Assembly: GCA_050084985.1 (NCBI GenBank)
Contig: JBITNC010000001.1
Location: forward strand, 75,144,001-75,208,000
DNA from: Nageia nagi
Lineage: Eukaryota; Plantae; Pinophyta
Direction of reading: 5' to 3'
Length of the DNA: 64,000 bases
The notes below the pieces were generated by a model, which did no database searches, was not told where the DNA came from, and was given only the letters and a program-made list of their open reading frames with translations. Shown here piece after piece: positions 61,801 through 64,000 of this stretch. Numbering within the stretch: position 1 is the first letter of the stretch; every line of letters begins with the position of its first letter. Position numbers and translations under genes: made by a program.

Positions 61801-64000
61801 GAGGTAGAGTATGTGGCTGCTGCAGAGGCAACAAAGGAGATTGTGTGGCTCAGGAAGATATTGGAAGATTTGCAGGAAAAACAGATGAATACAACTCCAC
61901 CTCTAATTGATAATATTTTTGCAATTCAATTGGCAAAGAATTCAAAGTTTCATGATCGAACAAAGCACATCAACACAAAATATCATTTGATTCGACATCA
62001 TGTAGAGGTCAAGACAATTCAAGTGAAACATTGTCCCACAGATGAGCAAACAACAGACATCTTCACCAAGGCACTTGGAAGAGAAAAGTTCGAGAAGTTT
62101 AGAAAGATGCTTGGACTTACCAACTCCCCTTTGGATTAAGGGGGAAATGTTAGACACCTAATCCTTTGGGATTATGGTATAGTTAGTATAGTATTAGATA
62201 CTTACTATATTTAGTAAATTCGTAGCTTTGAATGTACTAGAATTTAGAGAGTCATTTCTTGTAGAATATGAGGAGTTACAATGTATCTCAAAGGTCACCC
62301 AAGAAGGTGAAGATGAAGAGTCTTTCTCAAATTGTATTTACACAAGATTCTACACTAATAGAATGCTTTTTGATCTTGGAGTTATCCGACCTATCATCCA
62401 GGACATTAATTAACTCATGAACCTCCTGCATGCCTTTGAACCTGCCTCTCGACAAGCAATCAACAAATCAAAATCCAAAATCATTAGCCATAATGTTTCA
62501 ACTCATTTCCTAAGCATAATTTCCAAATCTACAGGTATGTCCCTTGACTCACTACCAAACATCTATCTTGGTCTTTGCAATGGGAGGAAACCTAGGTGAT
62601 TTTTGGGACTCTATTTTAGCCAAAATGAGGAGATTGTCTTGTTGGGAAGTTACATGGTTGTCCTCAGTTGGTACATTGGTCAAGATTATCTCCATCCTTG
62701 GGGAAATTCCATTTTAGCTTAGTGCTTTTTGGCTCCCTAGATCAACTATCAATAAAATGGAAGCTCTCATGCAAGATTTTCTCTAACATGGATGCTCACA
62801 ATTGAGGAAAATCCATCTAATTGCCAGAGCAATCATATGCCATAGGAAAATCTCAGGCAGCCTTGGTATCAAGAACGTCTATCAAATGAACATTGCTTTA
62901 CTTGGTAAATAGATTTGGAGACTGTTCAAGAACCCTTCCTTCTCTTGGAGCAAGGCCTATACATCCAAATACTTGGACTCAGATGATCCTAATAAAATCT
63001 TTACAACTGAAGAGTCACCGTGTGGCTCACGTATGTGGAATAGTTTACTCAAAGCCAAGAAACATATTATAAATTTCTTCAAATGGGAAGTAGGGAATGA
63101 CTCAATGGTGGACTTTTGGAAAGATCCTTGGTTGTTTCGTCAACTCCTTTCAACTGTACACGACCATCCTCAAACCTTGGCTTAGTGAAGAATGGGGTAC
63201 TCATGTGGAACATTAATGGTCTTGGGTGAAAGAATCTTGGAGGCAAGTTAAAAATGGCAAACTCTTCCCTCTCTCCTGCTCGATGATGCCCAAGAGTTAG
63301 CTTGATTAAAATCCATGCTATCTTCTCACTAACTCCAACCCTAGAGATGTAGATGATAGAGTTGTATGGGCTCTTAAGCCCAAAGGAGACTACCAAGTTA
63401 GCATCGCATATCACTCCATAAATCACCAACAACACTCAAATCCCCATCCATTTTCTTGGAACAAAGTATGGGGCACAAAAGCTTGGTTAGAAGCCTACTG
63501 TCCATAAGTTCTTGTGAGGGGAACAAATCAAGAGACGAGGATGGCATGGCCCATTCGTCTCTAGGCTATGTAGGGTGGCAAAGGAGATAGGTACTCTCAT
63601 CCTCTTATATTTCCCCTTTTCCCTCTCCTTATGGGGTTGTTTATTATTATGCTTTACAGTATCCTGGGCAACATCAAACTCAATTGATTTCTTGATTGAG
63701 AAGTATTCTACTTTTATTGATTTGAAAAAATGAAATCATCACATATATATATTTTATACAAACCTAGAAATAAATTGTGCTAAATATAAACTCAAGTTGC
63801 ATGATCATAACTTGTTACAATCCAATCCAAAAAACTAACTAGATGTTCTAAAAATACCTTATCATGCTAAACAATAATTGGGTGAAACTAACACCCAAAA
63901 CAACATCTAATTTAAATTGGAAGATGAAAAAATGACATCCCACACATGCTAAAAATAGCCCATCAGGCTCTATTTGTAGGCGCACTATGCTTGGTCTTGG
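58897..64000 (+). repeat. Segmental duplication of 41863-46912 (3' part of Copia-2 incl. 3' LTR 62148-62396, LINE segment, and the LTR of the gag-only element); runs off the window
   Basis: Collinear, roughly 96-98% identical by eye. Reproduces the nested junctions, the TCCAG TSD and shared stop codons. Confidence 0.97.

Noticed and set aside
58897-62396. Independent second insertion of Copia-2
   Set aside because: It shares the same downstream TSD and LINE flank, so it is a segmental copy.

Overview
Plant nuclear DNA. The AT-rich, TE-saturated sequence and giant intron suggest a gymnosperm (inference). There is one intact host gene: CFIm25/CFIS2 (NUDT21-like poly(A) cleavage factor), + strand, 7 exons, 19315-55112, 200 aa, all GT-AG junctions. 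The ORF track misses it. Its 32.4-kb first intron is a stack of nested TEs: three hATs, a solo LTR, a truncated Copia, LINEs, a full-length Copia and a non-autonomous gag-only LTR element. Upstream (1-17985) are two nested, degenerate Ty3/gypsy elements (the inner one Tat-type, holding a further solo LTR). Downstream (58897-64000) is a direct segmental copy of intron-1 sequence 41863-46912. Most interesting observations: (1) two transposase introns flanked by AG|GT-containing direct repeats, a signature of intron gain by duplication; (2) a gag-fused acidic repeat ORF built on repeated TCACTC-N5-GAGTGA palindromes; (3) an AG|GT recursive-splice or early-termination site 123 nt into the giant intron; (4) a duplicated 3' UTR that keeps a UGUA pair, in a gene whose product binds UGUA; (5) a possible 17-kb tandem duplication covering exons 2-7. 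All coordinates and divergence values were read by eye.
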